Origin: Lacrimispora sp.
Lineage (GTDB): Bacteria; Bacillota; Clostridia; Lachnospirales; Lachnospiraceae
Direction: 5' to 3'
Assembly (NCBI RefSeq): GCF_046972725.1
Contig: NZ_JBKVXF010000003.1
Location: forward strand, 281,735 to 345,734
Length of the DNA: 64,000 nt
Part shown: positions 27,422 to 36,910 of the stretch, one piece after another
Layout: each line of letters opens with the position of its first letter
Position numbering within the stretch: the stretch's first letter is position 1
Translations under genes and position numbers: made by a program
Notes under the pieces: model-generated
Told to the model about the DNA's origin: nothing
The model's database searches: none
The model's input: the letters and a program-made list of their open reading frames with translations, nothing else

Positions 27422-29356
27422 ATGAGAATGAAAGTATCCAACTATATTTCCGGAAAGCTTTTGGAAGCCGGAATCAGCCAGGTATTTACGGTCACAGGCG
27501 GAGGCGCCATGCATTTAAATGATGCACTTGGCCATGAAAAAGGATTGAACTGTCTGTATAATCACCACGAGCAGGCATGTGCCATAGCAGCAGAAGCCTA
27601 TGCCAGAATTCAGGGAAAGCTTGCTGCGGTCTGCGTGACCACGGGCCCTGGCGGGACCAATGCCATCACCGGAGTGCTTGGCGGCTGGCTGGATTCCATT
27701 CCCATGTTGATTCTGTCCGGACAAGTCCGCTATGACACCACAGCCAGATGGTCCGGTGTGGACATACGTGCCATGGGGGATCAGGAATTTGATATAGTAA
27801 AAGCGGTTGGCTGTATGACCAAATACAGCGAGATGGTCATTGATCCCATGAGGGTCCGTTACTGTCTGGAAAAAGCCATATATCTGGCCCTCTCCGGACG
27901 CCCCGGTCCCACCTGGCTGGATATTCCCCTCAATGTTCAGGGCGCTTACATTGAGACAGAAGATTTGATCGGTTTTTCTCCCGAGGATTATGAAAAGGGA
28001 GGTGACGGCTGGGCCGCTGCCAGTGAGGCAAAGATAAAAGAAGACCAGGCTTGTTACGGGGAAAAACGTCAGGCATTGCCAAAGCCTGTGTCAGCAGATA
28101 CAGCCAGAAAGATTCTTGAGAAGATAAAAGCATCTTCCCGTCCGGTCCTCAATGCCGGCAACGGAATCCGGATCGGACAGGCCCATGAAGTATTTCTTCG
28201 CGTATCAGAAAAACTTGGGATTCCGGTGGTTACCGGCTGGAACAGCCAGGACTGTATTTACGAAACGCATCCTCTCTACACCGGAAGAGGGGGAGGCATG
28301 GGCGACCGTGCCGGCAACTTTGCCGTTCAAAACAGTGATCTGGTCCTGTCCCTGGGAAGCCGCTTAAGCATCCGGCAGGTGGGTTATAACTATAAAACAT
28401 GGGCCAGAGGTGCCTATGTGATCGTGAATGATATTGATCCCGAGGAGCTGAAAAAGCCGTCGGTCCATGCAGATATGCGGGTCCATGCAGATGTAAAGGA
28501 TCTTCTTACGGCCTTGGAAGCAGTTTTGGATTCAGAATATCATGCAACTGCAAAAGCACCCCTTTTTAAAGGCGGAAAAGGAATTGATTCCATGAGCTGG
28601 AATGAGACTTGCCGCATGTGGAAAGAGAAGTACCCGGTCGTTCTTCCCAGGCATTACCGGCAGGGAGACGATGAGAATACCAATATTTATGCATTTATCA
28701 ATGAACTCAGCAGCAGAGGAGAAAAAGGGCAGATCACGGTGGTTGGGAACGGTTCTGCCTGTGTAGTAGGAGGGCATGCCTATCTTGTGAAGGAAGGACA
28801 GCGCTTTATTACCAATTCAGCGGTAGCCTCCATGGGCTATGATCTTCCGGCAGCCATCGGAGTCTGTATGGCAGATTCTTCCAAGGATATCATCCTTGTG
28901 ACTGGTGACGGAAGCATTCAGATGAATTTACAGGAATTGCAGACCATTATCCATCATCAGATGCCGATTAAGATATTTTTGATCAACAACGGAGGGTATC
29001 ATTCCATCCGTCAGACCCAGAAGAACTATTTCGGAGAACCGTTGGTGGGCGTGGGAGAGGACAGCAGGGATTTGAGCTTTCCCAGTATGGAAAAGCTTTC
29101 TGCGGCTTATGGATATCCCTATGTTTCCATCCGTCATAACGGAGAGATGAAGCAGGGCATTGAAGCGGCATTTGCCACAAAGGGCCCTGTGATCTGTGAG
29201 GTATTTGTAAGCAGGGACCAGAACTTTGAACCAAAGTCATCGGCAAAGCGTCTTCCGGACGGAACCATGGTATCTCCGCCTTTGGAGGATTTATCTCCGT
29301 TTCTTCCAGAGGAGGAGATGGAGCACAACATGATCATACCAAGAGTGAAAGGGTAA
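27422..29356 (+). CDS. Thiamine-diphosphate-dependent enzyme, acetolactate-synthase/YerE-like
   Basis: The N-terminal Pyr domain is VFTVTGGGAMHLNDAL...HHEQACAIAAEAYAR...TTGPGGTNAITGV. The ThDP motif is GDGSIQMNLQELQT...INNGGY. A roughly 50-aa insert (EDYEKGGDGWAAASEAKIKEDQACYGEKRQ) lies between the N-terminal and central domains. Confidence 0.85.
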   Translation: MRMKVSNYISGKLLEAGISQVFTVTGGGAMHLNDALGHEKGLNCLYNHHEQACAIAAEAYARIQGKLAAVCVTTGPGGTNAITGVLGGWLDSIPMLILSGQVRYDTTARWSGVDIRAMGDQEFDIVKAVGCMTKYSEMVIDPMRVRYCLEKAIYLALSGRPGPTWLDIPLNVQGAYIETEDLIGFSPEDYEKGGDGWAAASEAKIKEDQACYGEKRQALPKPVSADTARKILEKIKASSRPVLNAGNGIRIGQAHEVFLRVSEKLGIPVVTGWNSQDCIYETHPLYTGRGGGMGDRAGNFAVQNSDLVLSLGSRLSIRQVGYNYKTWARGAYVIVNDIDPEELKKPSVHADMRVHADVKDLLTALEAVLDSEYHATAKAPLFKGGKGIDSMSWNETCRMWKEKYPVVLPRHYRQGDDENTNIYAFINELSSRGEKGQITVVGNGSACVVGGHAYLVKEGQRFITNSAVASMGYDLPAAIGVCMADSSKDIILVTGDGSIQMNLQELQTIIHHQMPIKIFLINNGGYHSIRQTQKNYFGEPLVGVGEDSRDLSFPSMEKLSAAYGYPYVSIRHNGEMKQGIEAAFATKGPVICEVFVSRDQNFEPKSSAKRLPDGTMVSPPLEDLSPFLPEEEMEHNMIIPRVKG

Positions 29357-29388
29357 TATACCGTCAGTAAAGTTTGGGAGGAAGGACA

Positions 29389-30330
29389 TTGAACGTAGTT
29401 GTAACAGGGGCTTCCAGTTTCCTTGGAAGAGCACTGGTTGACCGGTTATTAAAAGACGGCAATCAAGTATATGCAGTTGTCCGTCCCGGATCAAAGAACC
29501 TTAATTGTCTTGATACGGGGCGGCAGGGACTGATACGGATCGAGCGGAACCTGGAAGAACTCCACAGGCTTGATGAAGTAATAAAAGAACCATGTCAGGC
29601 ATTTTACCATTTTGGCTGGGATGGTTCGGGCAGTGAGAACCGTTTGAACCGGGAGGTACAGCAGAAGAATACAGAGGATTCCTTAAAGGCTCTGGAGGGC
29701 GCCAGACGCTTAAAATGCAGGCGCTTTCTTTTCAGCGGCTCCCAGGCGGAGTACGGAATCCATAAGGAAGTCATGACAGAGGAGACACCATGCAGTCCTG
29801 TTTCCGAATATGGGCTGGCAAAGCTTGCCTTTTTGGAACAGGCAATGGAACAGACAAGGAAATGGAGGCAGGAAGGAATCTGCAGCATGGAGTATATCCA
29901 TGCAAGAATTTTCAGTGTCTACGGGCCTGGGGACCATCCCTGGTCCCTGGTGGAAAGCTGTGTCCGGGCATTTTCCAGGGGAGAATACATCTCTCTGGGA
30001 GAGTGCACACAAATGTGGAACTTTTTATATCTCGATGATTGCATCCGGGCGCTGATACTTTTGATGGAACAGGAAAAGGAATCGGTTTCCGGAATTTATA
30101 ATGTAGCAGGACCGGAAGAGGAAAACAGGCCTCTGAGGGACTATATCCGGATGATGTATGAGATTTTGGGATTTCACGGAAGCTACAGCTTCGGAAGACG
30201 AAAGCCCAATGCGGAAGGACCGGCCAATCTCATTCCTGATATAAAGAAACTGAAGGCAGCAACCGGTTTTGAGCCGGAGATACCCTTTGCTGAGGGGATT
30301 TTGAGAACTTACGAGGCAGAAAAACATTGA
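29389..30330 (+). CDS. NAD(P)-dependent epimerase/dehydratase family (extended SDR) protein
   Basis: VVVTGASSFLGRALV (Rossmann), SEYGLAKLA (YxxxK) and IFSVYGPGD are present. I prefer TTG 29389, after GGGAGGAAGG. Confidence 0.8.
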   Translation: MNVVVTGASSFLGRALVDRLLKDGNQVYAVVRPGSKNLNCLDTGRQGLIRIERNLEELHRLDEVIKEPCQAFYHFGWDGSGSENRLNREVQQKNTEDSLKALEGARRLKCRRFLFSGSQAEYGIHKEVMTEETPCSPVSEYGLAKLAFLEQAMEQTRKWRQEGICSMEYIHARIFSVYGPGDHPWSLVESCVRAFSRGEYISLGECTQMWNFLYLDDCIRALILLMEQEKESVSGIYNVAGPEEENRPLRDYIRMMYEILGFHGSYSFGRRKPNAEGPANLIPDIKKLKAATGFEPEIPFAEGILRTYEAEKH

Positions 30331-30350
30331 CAGGAAAGGATTTTTGTGGT

Positions 30351-31544
30351 ATGAGAGATAGGATTTGTATTGTATGCGGCAGACCTTTGGGAGAGAAGCC
30401 TTTAATGATTCTGGATCACATGCCGGCTTCCGCACAGGATATTCCGGAGAAAGAGGACCTGGCAGAAGAGAAAGGGATCACTCTCCGTCTTCACCAGTGT
30501 GAAGCATGCGGCCTAGTACAGTTTGACTGTGAGCCGGTGGCATATTATAAAGACGTCATCCGGTCCGGGGGATTCAGCACCACCATGGTGGAGTTAAGAA
30601 GGCGCCAGTACCGGCATTTTATAGATACGTATCACTTAGAAGGAAAGAAACTGATTGAGGTTGGCTGCGGACAGGGGGAATTTCTTTCTGTGCTGTCAGA
30701 ATTTCCTGTGAATGCTTACGGGATTGAGAACCGGGACAGCCTGGTGGATTTGGCAAAGGAAAAGGGCCTTAAGGTCTGGAAGCAGTTTGCGGAGGAAGGA
30801 CAGGTCCTTGCCCCGGCAGATGGAAGTGCAGGCGGACCCTATGACGGCTTTTTGTCCTTTAATTTTCTGGAGCATCAGCCACAGCCTGTTTCCATGCTTC
30901 GCTGCATTGCAGAGAATCTGACGGAAGATGGTGTCGGCCTGATTACGGTCCCGAGTCTGGAGTACATTCTTCAGTATGACGGCTATTACGAACTCATCCG
31001 GGATCATCTGGCTTATTACACCTTTGAGACTCTGCGTTATGCGGTGGAAACAGCCGGCTTTGAAGTTCTGGAAGAGGAGATGGTCAACCGGGATACCCTG
31101 TCCGTAATTGTAAGAAAAAGAAAAGGGACGGCCGGGCAGCAAAGCCATGAAAGAAGAACAGAAAAAATCCATGTATCCGGCCTGATACAAAGCCAGGACA
31201 CCATTGCACGGGAGATGAGCGGGCTGATCCGGGAATTAAAGGACCAGGGAAAGACCCTTGCTGTATGGGGGGCAAGCCATCAGGGCTTTACCCTTGCCTC
31301 CACCACTGAAATCGGAGCGTTTGCTCAGTATATGATAGATTCCGCTCCCTTCAAACAGGGAAAATATGCACCTGCCTCCCATCTTCTTATTGTGCCTCCG
31401 GGCCATTACCACAGTCATCCTGTGGATGCCATATTAATTGTGGCTCCCGGCTACACGGAAGAGATCGCAGGTACCATAAAGGAAAAATTTGGACAGAATA
31501 TCGAGATTCTGGCATTGAAATCCAATCATCTGGAAAGGATATAA
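30351..31544 (+). CDS. NDP-hexose C-methyltransferase family protein (zinc-ribbon N-domain, SAM domain, C-methyltransferase C-domain)
   Basis: CIVCG...CEACGLV form the Zn-ribbon and LIEVGCGQGEFL is the SAM motif. The C-terminal GKTLAVWGASHQGFTLAS...YMIDSAPFKQGKYAPASHLLIVPP...DAILIVAPGYTEEI matches my recollection of the TylC3-type C-terminal domain (GASAKG...DDNPLKQGKYTPGSHIPI). Confidence 0.75.
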   Translation: MRDRICIVCGRPLGEKPLMILDHMPASAQDIPEKEDLAEEKGITLRLHQCEACGLVQFDCEPVAYYKDVIRSGGFSTTMVELRRRQYRHFIDTYHLEGKKLIEVGCGQGEFLSVLSEFPVNAYGIENRDSLVDLAKEKGLKVWKQFAEEGQVLAPADGSAGGPYDGFLSFNFLEHQPQPVSMLRCIAENLTEDGVGLITVPSLEYILQYDGYYELIRDHLAYYTFETLRYAVETAGFEVLEEEMVNRDTLSVIVRKRKGTAGQQSHERRTEKIHVSGLIQSQDTIAREMSGLIRELKDQGKTLAVWGASHQGFTLASTTEIGAFAQYMIDSAPFKQGKYAPASHLLIVPPGHYHSHPVDAILIVAPGYTEEIAGTIKEKFGQNIEILALKSNHLERI

Positions 31545-31553
31545 GAAAAAACT

Positions 31554-32621
31554 ATGAAAGCTTTTGTTTTAATCGAACCGGGAAAAGTGGGCTGGCATGA
31601 TGCGCCGGAACCGGTGCTCACTCCATACGGAGCCATTCTCCGGCCAGTTGCTGTAACCCCTTGTTCCTCTGATGTCCATACCGTATACGGCGGCGGCTCA
31701 AGAAAGGCCCCTAATCTGATCCTGGGCCATGAATGCGTTGCTGAAATCCTGGAAATCGGAGAGCTTGTTCAGGATTTTAAACCGGGGGATGTGGTTGCAG
31801 TTCCTGCCATCACTCCGGACTGGAGAGCCATGGGAATCCAGGAAGGCAATTATAAGCATGCCTCCGCACCTTTTTCCGGTCATCAGCTGGGGCGCTCCAT
31901 GCCAGGGGTGTTTGCCGAAAAATTTTTGATTCCGGATGCGGACACCACATTGGCAAAGATTCCGGAAGGAGTCACACTGGAACAGGCGCTCATGTGTGTG
32001 GATGTGGTGACTACCGGCTTTACTGGCGCAGAATTTGCGGATATTAAGATCGGTGACACGGTGGTGGTATTGGGAATCGGTCCCATCGGCCTTATGGCAG
32101 TGGAAGGTGCCCGCCATCTTGGCGCGGCCAGAATCCTTGCGGTAGGCAGCCGTCCGGTTTGTGTGGAGCTTGCAAAAGAATTTGGTGCCACAGAAGTATT
32201 AAGCTATAAAGACGGGGATGTGGTAGAGCAGGTGATGGCGCGGACGGAGGGCCTTGGGGCAGACAGTGTGATTATCTGCGGCGGCGGAGATGAAGTTTTT
32301 ACCCAGGCGGTTGACATGGTCCGGTATGGCATCGGAACTGTTTCCAATGTAAACTATTACGGCGGAACCGGAAGCCTTTCCTTCCCTAAATTTTCCGGCG
32401 GACGGGGAATGGCTGGAAAAACCATTCATACGGAGCTGGCAAAAGGCGGCAGGGTAAGAATCGGGAGACTGCTTCAGATGGTCCGGTACGGAAGGATCAA
32501 TCCGCAGAAGCTGGTGACCCATCGCCTTTTTGGACTTGATGCAGTGGAGACAGCCCTGCAGATGATGAAGGAAAAGCCCAGGGATTTGATTAAAGTTATG
32601 GTACAGATAGATTGGAAGTGA
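31554..32621 (+). CDS. Zinc-dependent, probably NADP-dependent, secondary-alcohol-dehydrogenase-like enzyme (TbADH/CbADH type)
   Basis: Collinear over its whole length with TbADH/CbADH as I recall them. Zn ligand contexts are PCSSDVHT (Cys37), LGHECV (His59) and CVDVVTTGF (Asp150). GIGPIGL and the NADP-determinant VGSRPVCVE are present, with LIKVMV at the C-terminus. Confidence 0.8.
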   Translation: MKAFVLIEPGKVGWHDAPEPVLTPYGAILRPVAVTPCSSDVHTVYGGGSRKAPNLILGHECVAEILEIGELVQDFKPGDVVAVPAITPDWRAMGIQEGNYKHASAPFSGHQLGRSMPGVFAEKFLIPDADTTLAKIPEGVTLEQALMCVDVVTTGFTGAEFADIKIGDTVVVLGIGPIGLMAVEGARHLGAARILAVGSRPVCVELAKEFGATEVLSYKDGDVVEQVMARTEGLGADSVIICGGGDEVFTQAVDMVRYGIGTVSNVNYYGGTGSLSFPKFSGGRGMAGKTIHTELAKGGRVRIGRLLQMVRYGRINPQKLVTHRLFGLDAVETALQMMKEKPRDLIKVMVQIDWK

Positions 32622-32625
32622 ACGT

Positions 32626-33639
32626 ATGAAAACAATAAGCGTCGTAGTTCCCTGTTACAATGAGGAAGAAAATGTAGAGGCCCTGCACCAGGCCATATCC
32701 GGTGTATTTAAGAAAGAACTGCCGGAGTATTGCTATGAGATCATCTTTATTGACAATGATTCCAGGGACAGGACCAGAGAGATTATAAGGAAGCTTTGTT
32801 CTTTGGATCAGGGGGTAAAAGGAATTTTTAATGCAAAAAATTTCGGTCAGTTCAACTCCCCCTATTATGCCATGCTCCAGTCCACGGGAGACGCCACCAT
32901 TTTAATGGCAGCGGATTTCCAGGACCCGGTGGAGATGATTCCAAAGTATGTGAAGGAATGGGAGAATGGATATAAGATCGTAATCGGTATCAAGAAGTCA
33001 AGCAAGGAAAACAGGATTATGTACTGGCTTCGGAGCTGTTATTACAAATGCATCAAAAAGCTTTCTGATGTGGAACAGATCGAGCATTTTACCGGCTTTG
33101 GACTCTATGATGCCAGGTTTATCAAGGTTTTAAAAGAGCTTGATGATCCCACGCCGTTCTTGCGGGGGATTGTGGCAGAGCTGGGCTTCCGGAGGAAGGA
33201 GATACCCTACGAACAGCCCAAACGGCGTGCCGGAAAAACCAGCAATAATTTTTACCGCCTGTATGATGCCGCCATGTTAAGTATCACTTCCTATACAAAG
33301 GTAGGACTTCGTATTGCCACCATATTCGGAAGCATCTGTTCTTTTGCCAGTATGCTGGTGGCACTGATTTACCTGATTATGAAGCTGATGTATTGGGACC
33401 GTTTCCCGGCAGGCATGGCCCCTCTTTTGATCGGCATGTGCTTTCTTGGTTCTGTGCAGATCTTTTTTATCGGTATGGTGGGAGAATACATTCTTTCCAT
33501 CAATGCACGTATCATGAAACGGCCTTTGGTGATTGAAGAAGAAAGAATTAATTTTACATCCGGGCAGGAAAATGAACCGGAGGAGGATATGCTTCTAACA
33601 GCAGCCTCTATGGAGGATGGGAACAGAGATGAAATATAA
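32626..33639 (+). CDS. GT2 polyprenyl-phosphate glycosyltransferase (GtrB/ArnC/GacI-like) with two C-terminal TM helices
   Basis: ISVVVPCYNEEENV, IFIDNDSRD and AADFQDP are present. C-terminal helices are IATIFGSICSFASMLVALIYL and LLIGMCFLGSVQIFFIGMVGEY. Confidence 0.85.
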   Translation: MKTISVVVPCYNEEENVEALHQAISGVFKKELPEYCYEIIFIDNDSRDRTREIIRKLCSLDQGVKGIFNAKNFGQFNSPYYAMLQSTGDATILMAADFQDPVEMIPKYVKEWENGYKIVIGIKKSSKENRIMYWLRSCYYKCIKKLSDVEQIEHFTGFGLYDARFIKVLKELDDPTPFLRGIVAELGFRRKEIPYEQPKRRAGKTSNNFYRLYDAAMLSITSYTKVGLRIATIFGSICSFASMLVALIYLIMKLMYWDRFPAGMAPLLIGMCFLGSVQIFFIGMVGEYILSINARIMKRPLVIEEERINFTSGQENEPEEDMLLTAASMEDGNRDEI

Positions 33640-35821
33640 GATAGATGTAGCAAGAATCCGTGAAAATTCCATCGTGTTAAATGGCTGGGTCATCGGAAAT
33701 ACACTGGAATCGGAAGCAAGGTTTGAAGTCCTGGACGGTCAGGAGCAAATGGTGGATTTCAAATATGTTCCGGTACGCAGAGACGACGTAAGTCAGATCT
33801 ATTTCAAGAAGACTTCAAAAAAGGACCTGGGATTTGACATAAGGATTCCGTATATCAGAGAGAATAACGAAGACCGGATTCTGGTAATCCACTGTGACGG
33901 AAAGTCTGCCCGGGTGAAATTAAATGCCCGGATCATCGAAAAACAGAACAGCTCTGCCCATAAAAAGACGGTAAAGCTGAAAAGCATGATGAATATGCAG
34001 ACGTTTCATTCCGCAGCAGATTTCTTAAAGGAAAACGGACTCAAAGCCTTTTTGCTCAAATCCAGACATAAGCTTCAGGGAATCGACAGCGATTATGACT
34101 ATCCGGAATGGTATGAGCTGACAAAACCTTCGGAGGAAGAACTGGAAGCACAGAAAAAAGAAGTATTTGATTACAATCCTAAAATGTCTGTTGTCATCCC
34201 TGCCTATAAGACGCCGGAGCGTTTTCTTGCAGCCATGCTGGATTCTCTGCTGGGCCAGACCTACACAAACTGGGAGGTGTGTATCGCAGACGGAAGCCCG
34301 AAAGGAGAAAGTGTGGAACGGGTATTGAAGCGGTACGCATTAAAAGATGAAAGAATCCGCTATCTGATCCTTGGAGAGAATAAAGGGATTTCCGGGAATA
34401 CCAATGCGGCTATTGAGATGGCAACCGGAGATTTTATCGTTTTGGCGGACCATGACGATACCCTGGCCCCCAATGCCTTATATGAATGTGTAAAAGCCAT
34501 TAATTCCGACCCTGAGATCGACGTTGTCTACACCGATGAAGACAAGCTTGATATAGACGGGGGAGAATTATTTGAGCCTCATTTCAAACCTGATTTTAAC
34601 CCTGATCTTTTAACCAGCGTCAACTACATCTGTCATTTATTCGTGGTGAACCACGAACTGCTTTTGGAAGTGGGCGGATTCAGGGAAGAATTTGACGGAG
34701 CACAGGATTATGATTTTATTCTTCGCTGTACGGAAAAGGCCAGAAGGATTTACCATGTGCCAAAGGCACTGTATCACTGGCGCTGCCACCAGAACTCTAC
34801 AGCCAGCAATCCGGAAAGCAAATTATATGCCTTTGAGGCAGGGGCGAGAGCGGTAAAAGCCCATTATGACCGGATCGGAGTAAAGGCTTTGTCTGTTGAA
34901 AAAGGCATTGATTACGGCATTTATCATTCGGTCTTTGAAATCACAGGAGATCCTCTGGTATCTGTCATTATCCCGAACAAGGACCATTCTGCCGATCTGG
35001 ATCTCTGCATGCGCTCGGTGATTGATAAATCAACCTATAAGAATCTGGAGTTCATTGTTGTGGAAAATAACAGTACGGAACCGGAAACCTTTGAATATTA
35101 TGAAAAGATCCAGAAAGAATTTGATTTTGTCCATGTGGTGAAATGGGAGAAGGAATTTAACTATTCTGCCATCAATAACTTTGGCGTCACCTATGCAAAA
35201 GGCGAATATCTTCTGTTTTTAAATAATGATACGGAGATCATTAATCCGGATAGCATTACCGAGATGTTAGGCTTCTGCCAGCGGGAGGACGTGGGAGTTG
35301 TGGGGGTAAGGCTTCTCTATTCGGATGACACCATTCAGCATGCCGGAGTGGTCGTTGGCTTTGGCGGCATTGCAGGACATACCTTTATTGGGCTTCATAA
35401 ATCGGAAAGCAGCTACTTTAACCAGGCCATGTGTGCCAGGAATTACAGCGCCGTAACCGCTGCCTGTATGATGAGCAAGCGTTCCTTATTTGACAAGGTG
35501 GGCGGCTTTTCTGAAGATTTAGCCGTCGCTTTTAATGACATTGATTATTGCATGAAGATCCGTTCCCTGAATAAATTGGTGGTCTATGCGCCTTATGCCT
35601 TGTTCTATCATTATGAATCCAAATCAAGGGGACTGGAGGATACACCGGAAAAGATAGCCCGCTTTAACCGGGAGATCAAAAAATTCTCTGATAAATGGCC
35701 GGATATCTTAAGAGACGGAGACCCCTATTACAATCCAAATCTGACCCTGCGTAAATCCAACTTTGCCCTTCGTGACCTCCGGAAAGAAAAAATCGGAGAA
35801 CCCTATAAACTTGAGGTATGA
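33629..35821 (+). CDS. Bifunctional-type glycosyltransferase with two GT2 domains and an about 180-aa N-terminal domain of unknown function
   Basis: GT2 domain 1 shows MSVVIPAYKTPERFL...LADHDD. GT2 domain 2 shows VSVIIPNKDHSADL...FLNNDTE...QHAGVV. I prefer ATG 33629, which overlaps the previous gene. Confidence 0.8.
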   Translation: MKYKIDVARIRENSIVLNGWVIGNTLESEARFEVLDGQEQMVDFKYVPVRRDDVSQIYFKKTSKKDLGFDIRIPYIRENNEDRILVIHCDGKSARVKLNARIIEKQNSSAHKKTVKLKSMMNMQTFHSAADFLKENGLKAFLLKSRHKLQGIDSDYDYPEWYELTKPSEEELEAQKKEVFDYNPKMSVVIPAYKTPERFLAAMLDSLLGQTYTNWEVCIADGSPKGESVERVLKRYALKDERIRYLILGENKGISGNTNAAIEMATGDFIVLADHDDTLAPNALYECVKAINSDPEIDVVYTDEDKLDIDGGELFEPHFKPDFNPDLLTSVNYICHLFVVNHELLLEVGGFREEFDGAQDYDFILRCTEKARRIYHVPKALYHWRCHQNSTASNPESKLYAFEAGARAVKAHYDRIGVKALSVEKGIDYGIYHSVFEITGDPLVSVIIPNKDHSADLDLCMRSVIDKSTYKNLEFIVVENNSTEPETFEYYEKIQKEFDFVHVVKWEKEFNYSAINNFGVTYAKGEYLLFLNNDTEIINPDSITEMLGFCQREDVGVVGVRLLYSDDTIQHAGVVVGFGGIAGHTFIGLHKSESSYFNQAMCARNYSAVTAACMMSKRSLFDKVGGFSEDLAVAFNDIDYCMKIRSLNKLVVYAPYALFYHYESKSRGLEDTPEKIARFNREIKKFSDKWPDILRDGDPYYNPNLTLRKSNFALRDLRKEKIGEPYKLEV

Positions 35822-35822
35822 G

Positions 35823-36812
35823 ATGCAGAAAAAAGTGACCATCATTATTCCGAATTATAATGGATTAAAATTCATGGAACCCTGTATGAAAGCCCTCGAA
35901 TCTCAAAGTGAGAAAAACTTTGAGCTTCTTGTGGTTGATAACGGTTCTAAAGACGGCAGCGTGGAATGGCTGAAGGAACATAGGATTCCAACGATTTTTC
36001 TGGAAGAAAATACCGGTTTTTCCGGTGCCGTGAATATAGGAATCCGCCAGGCAAAGACTCCTTACGTCATCTTATTGAATAATGATACCGAGCCGCAGCC
36101 GGATTATGTAAAGGAACTGGTCCGCATGATGGACCGGTCTCCGAAGATATTTTCCGCAAGCAGCAAGATGATTCAGCTCCATCATAAGGAACTGATGGAC
36201 GATGCCGGAGATATGTACAGCGTGCTTGGCTGGGCATATCAAAGAGGCGTAGGCCAGAGCAGCCGGGGCTATAAAAAGCCAAGAAGTGTATTTGCAGCCT
36301 GTGCCGGGGCCGCCATCTACCGCAGAGCGGTATTTGATGAGATCGGCGGATTTGATGAAGCCCATTTTGCCTATCTGGAAGATATAGACGTCGGCTACCG
36401 TGCAAAGATCCACGGCTATGAGAATGTATACTGTCCCTCTGCGGTGGTTTACCATGTGGGAAGCGGAACCAGCGGTTCCAAGTACAATTCCTTTAAGGTC
36501 AAACTTGCCGCCAGAAATAATATTTACTTAAATTATAAAAATATGCCTGTTCTGCAGCTTCTTTTGAATCTGCCGCCGCTTATGTTAGGAATATTTGTGA
36601 AATATCTGTTTTTCCGGAAAATCGGATTTGAATCTGATTATTTGGCTGGTTTAAAGGAAGGTCTGCGGACGGTCCGGAGCACAAAAAAGGTCCGGTTTCA
36701 AATGTCCCGGTTTTTCAATTATGTAACAATTGAAATCGAATTGATTCTTGGAACCTTCCTCTATGTTTGGGAATTTTTACGAAGAAAACTAAAAATTGAC
36801 AGGTCATATTAA
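35823..36812 (+). CDS. GT2 glycosyltransferase (WbbL/rhamnosyltransferase-like) with C-terminal membrane-associated tail
   Basis: VTIIIPNYNGLKFM, VVDNGSKDGS, LLNNDTE and AYLEDIDVGYR are present. ATG 35823 lies 1 nt after the previous stop. Confidence 0.8.
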   Translation: MQKKVTIIIPNYNGLKFMEPCMKALESQSEKNFELLVVDNGSKDGSVEWLKEHRIPTIFLEENTGFSGAVNIGIRQAKTPYVILLNNDTEPQPDYVKELVRMMDRSPKIFSASSKMIQLHHKELMDDAGDMYSVLGWAYQRGVGQSSRGYKKPRSVFAACAGAAIYRRAVFDEIGGFDEAHFAYLEDIDVGYRAKIHGYENVYCPSAVVYHVGSGTSGSKYNSFKVKLAARNNIYLNYKNMPVLQLLLNLPPLMLGIFVKYLFFRKIGFESDYLAGLKEGLRTVRSTKKVRFQMSRFFNYVTIEIELILGTFLYVWEFLRRKLKIDRSY

Positions 36813-36910
36813 GAAATATTTTATAGAACTATAACAACATATCATGTATAATAAACGGGAATTATCATGGAGAAATACGGTGCAATGCACGAATGGAAGG
36901 TTTTGCTGCT

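Noticed and set aside
30025-32522. Several 100-164-aa minus-strand or out-of-frame ORFs within the glycan operon (30025-30435, 30696-31190, 31698-32117, 31883-32191, 32199-32522)
   Set aside because: They are shadow ORFs of G+C-richer coding DNA. The + strand frames carry clear enzyme motifs.
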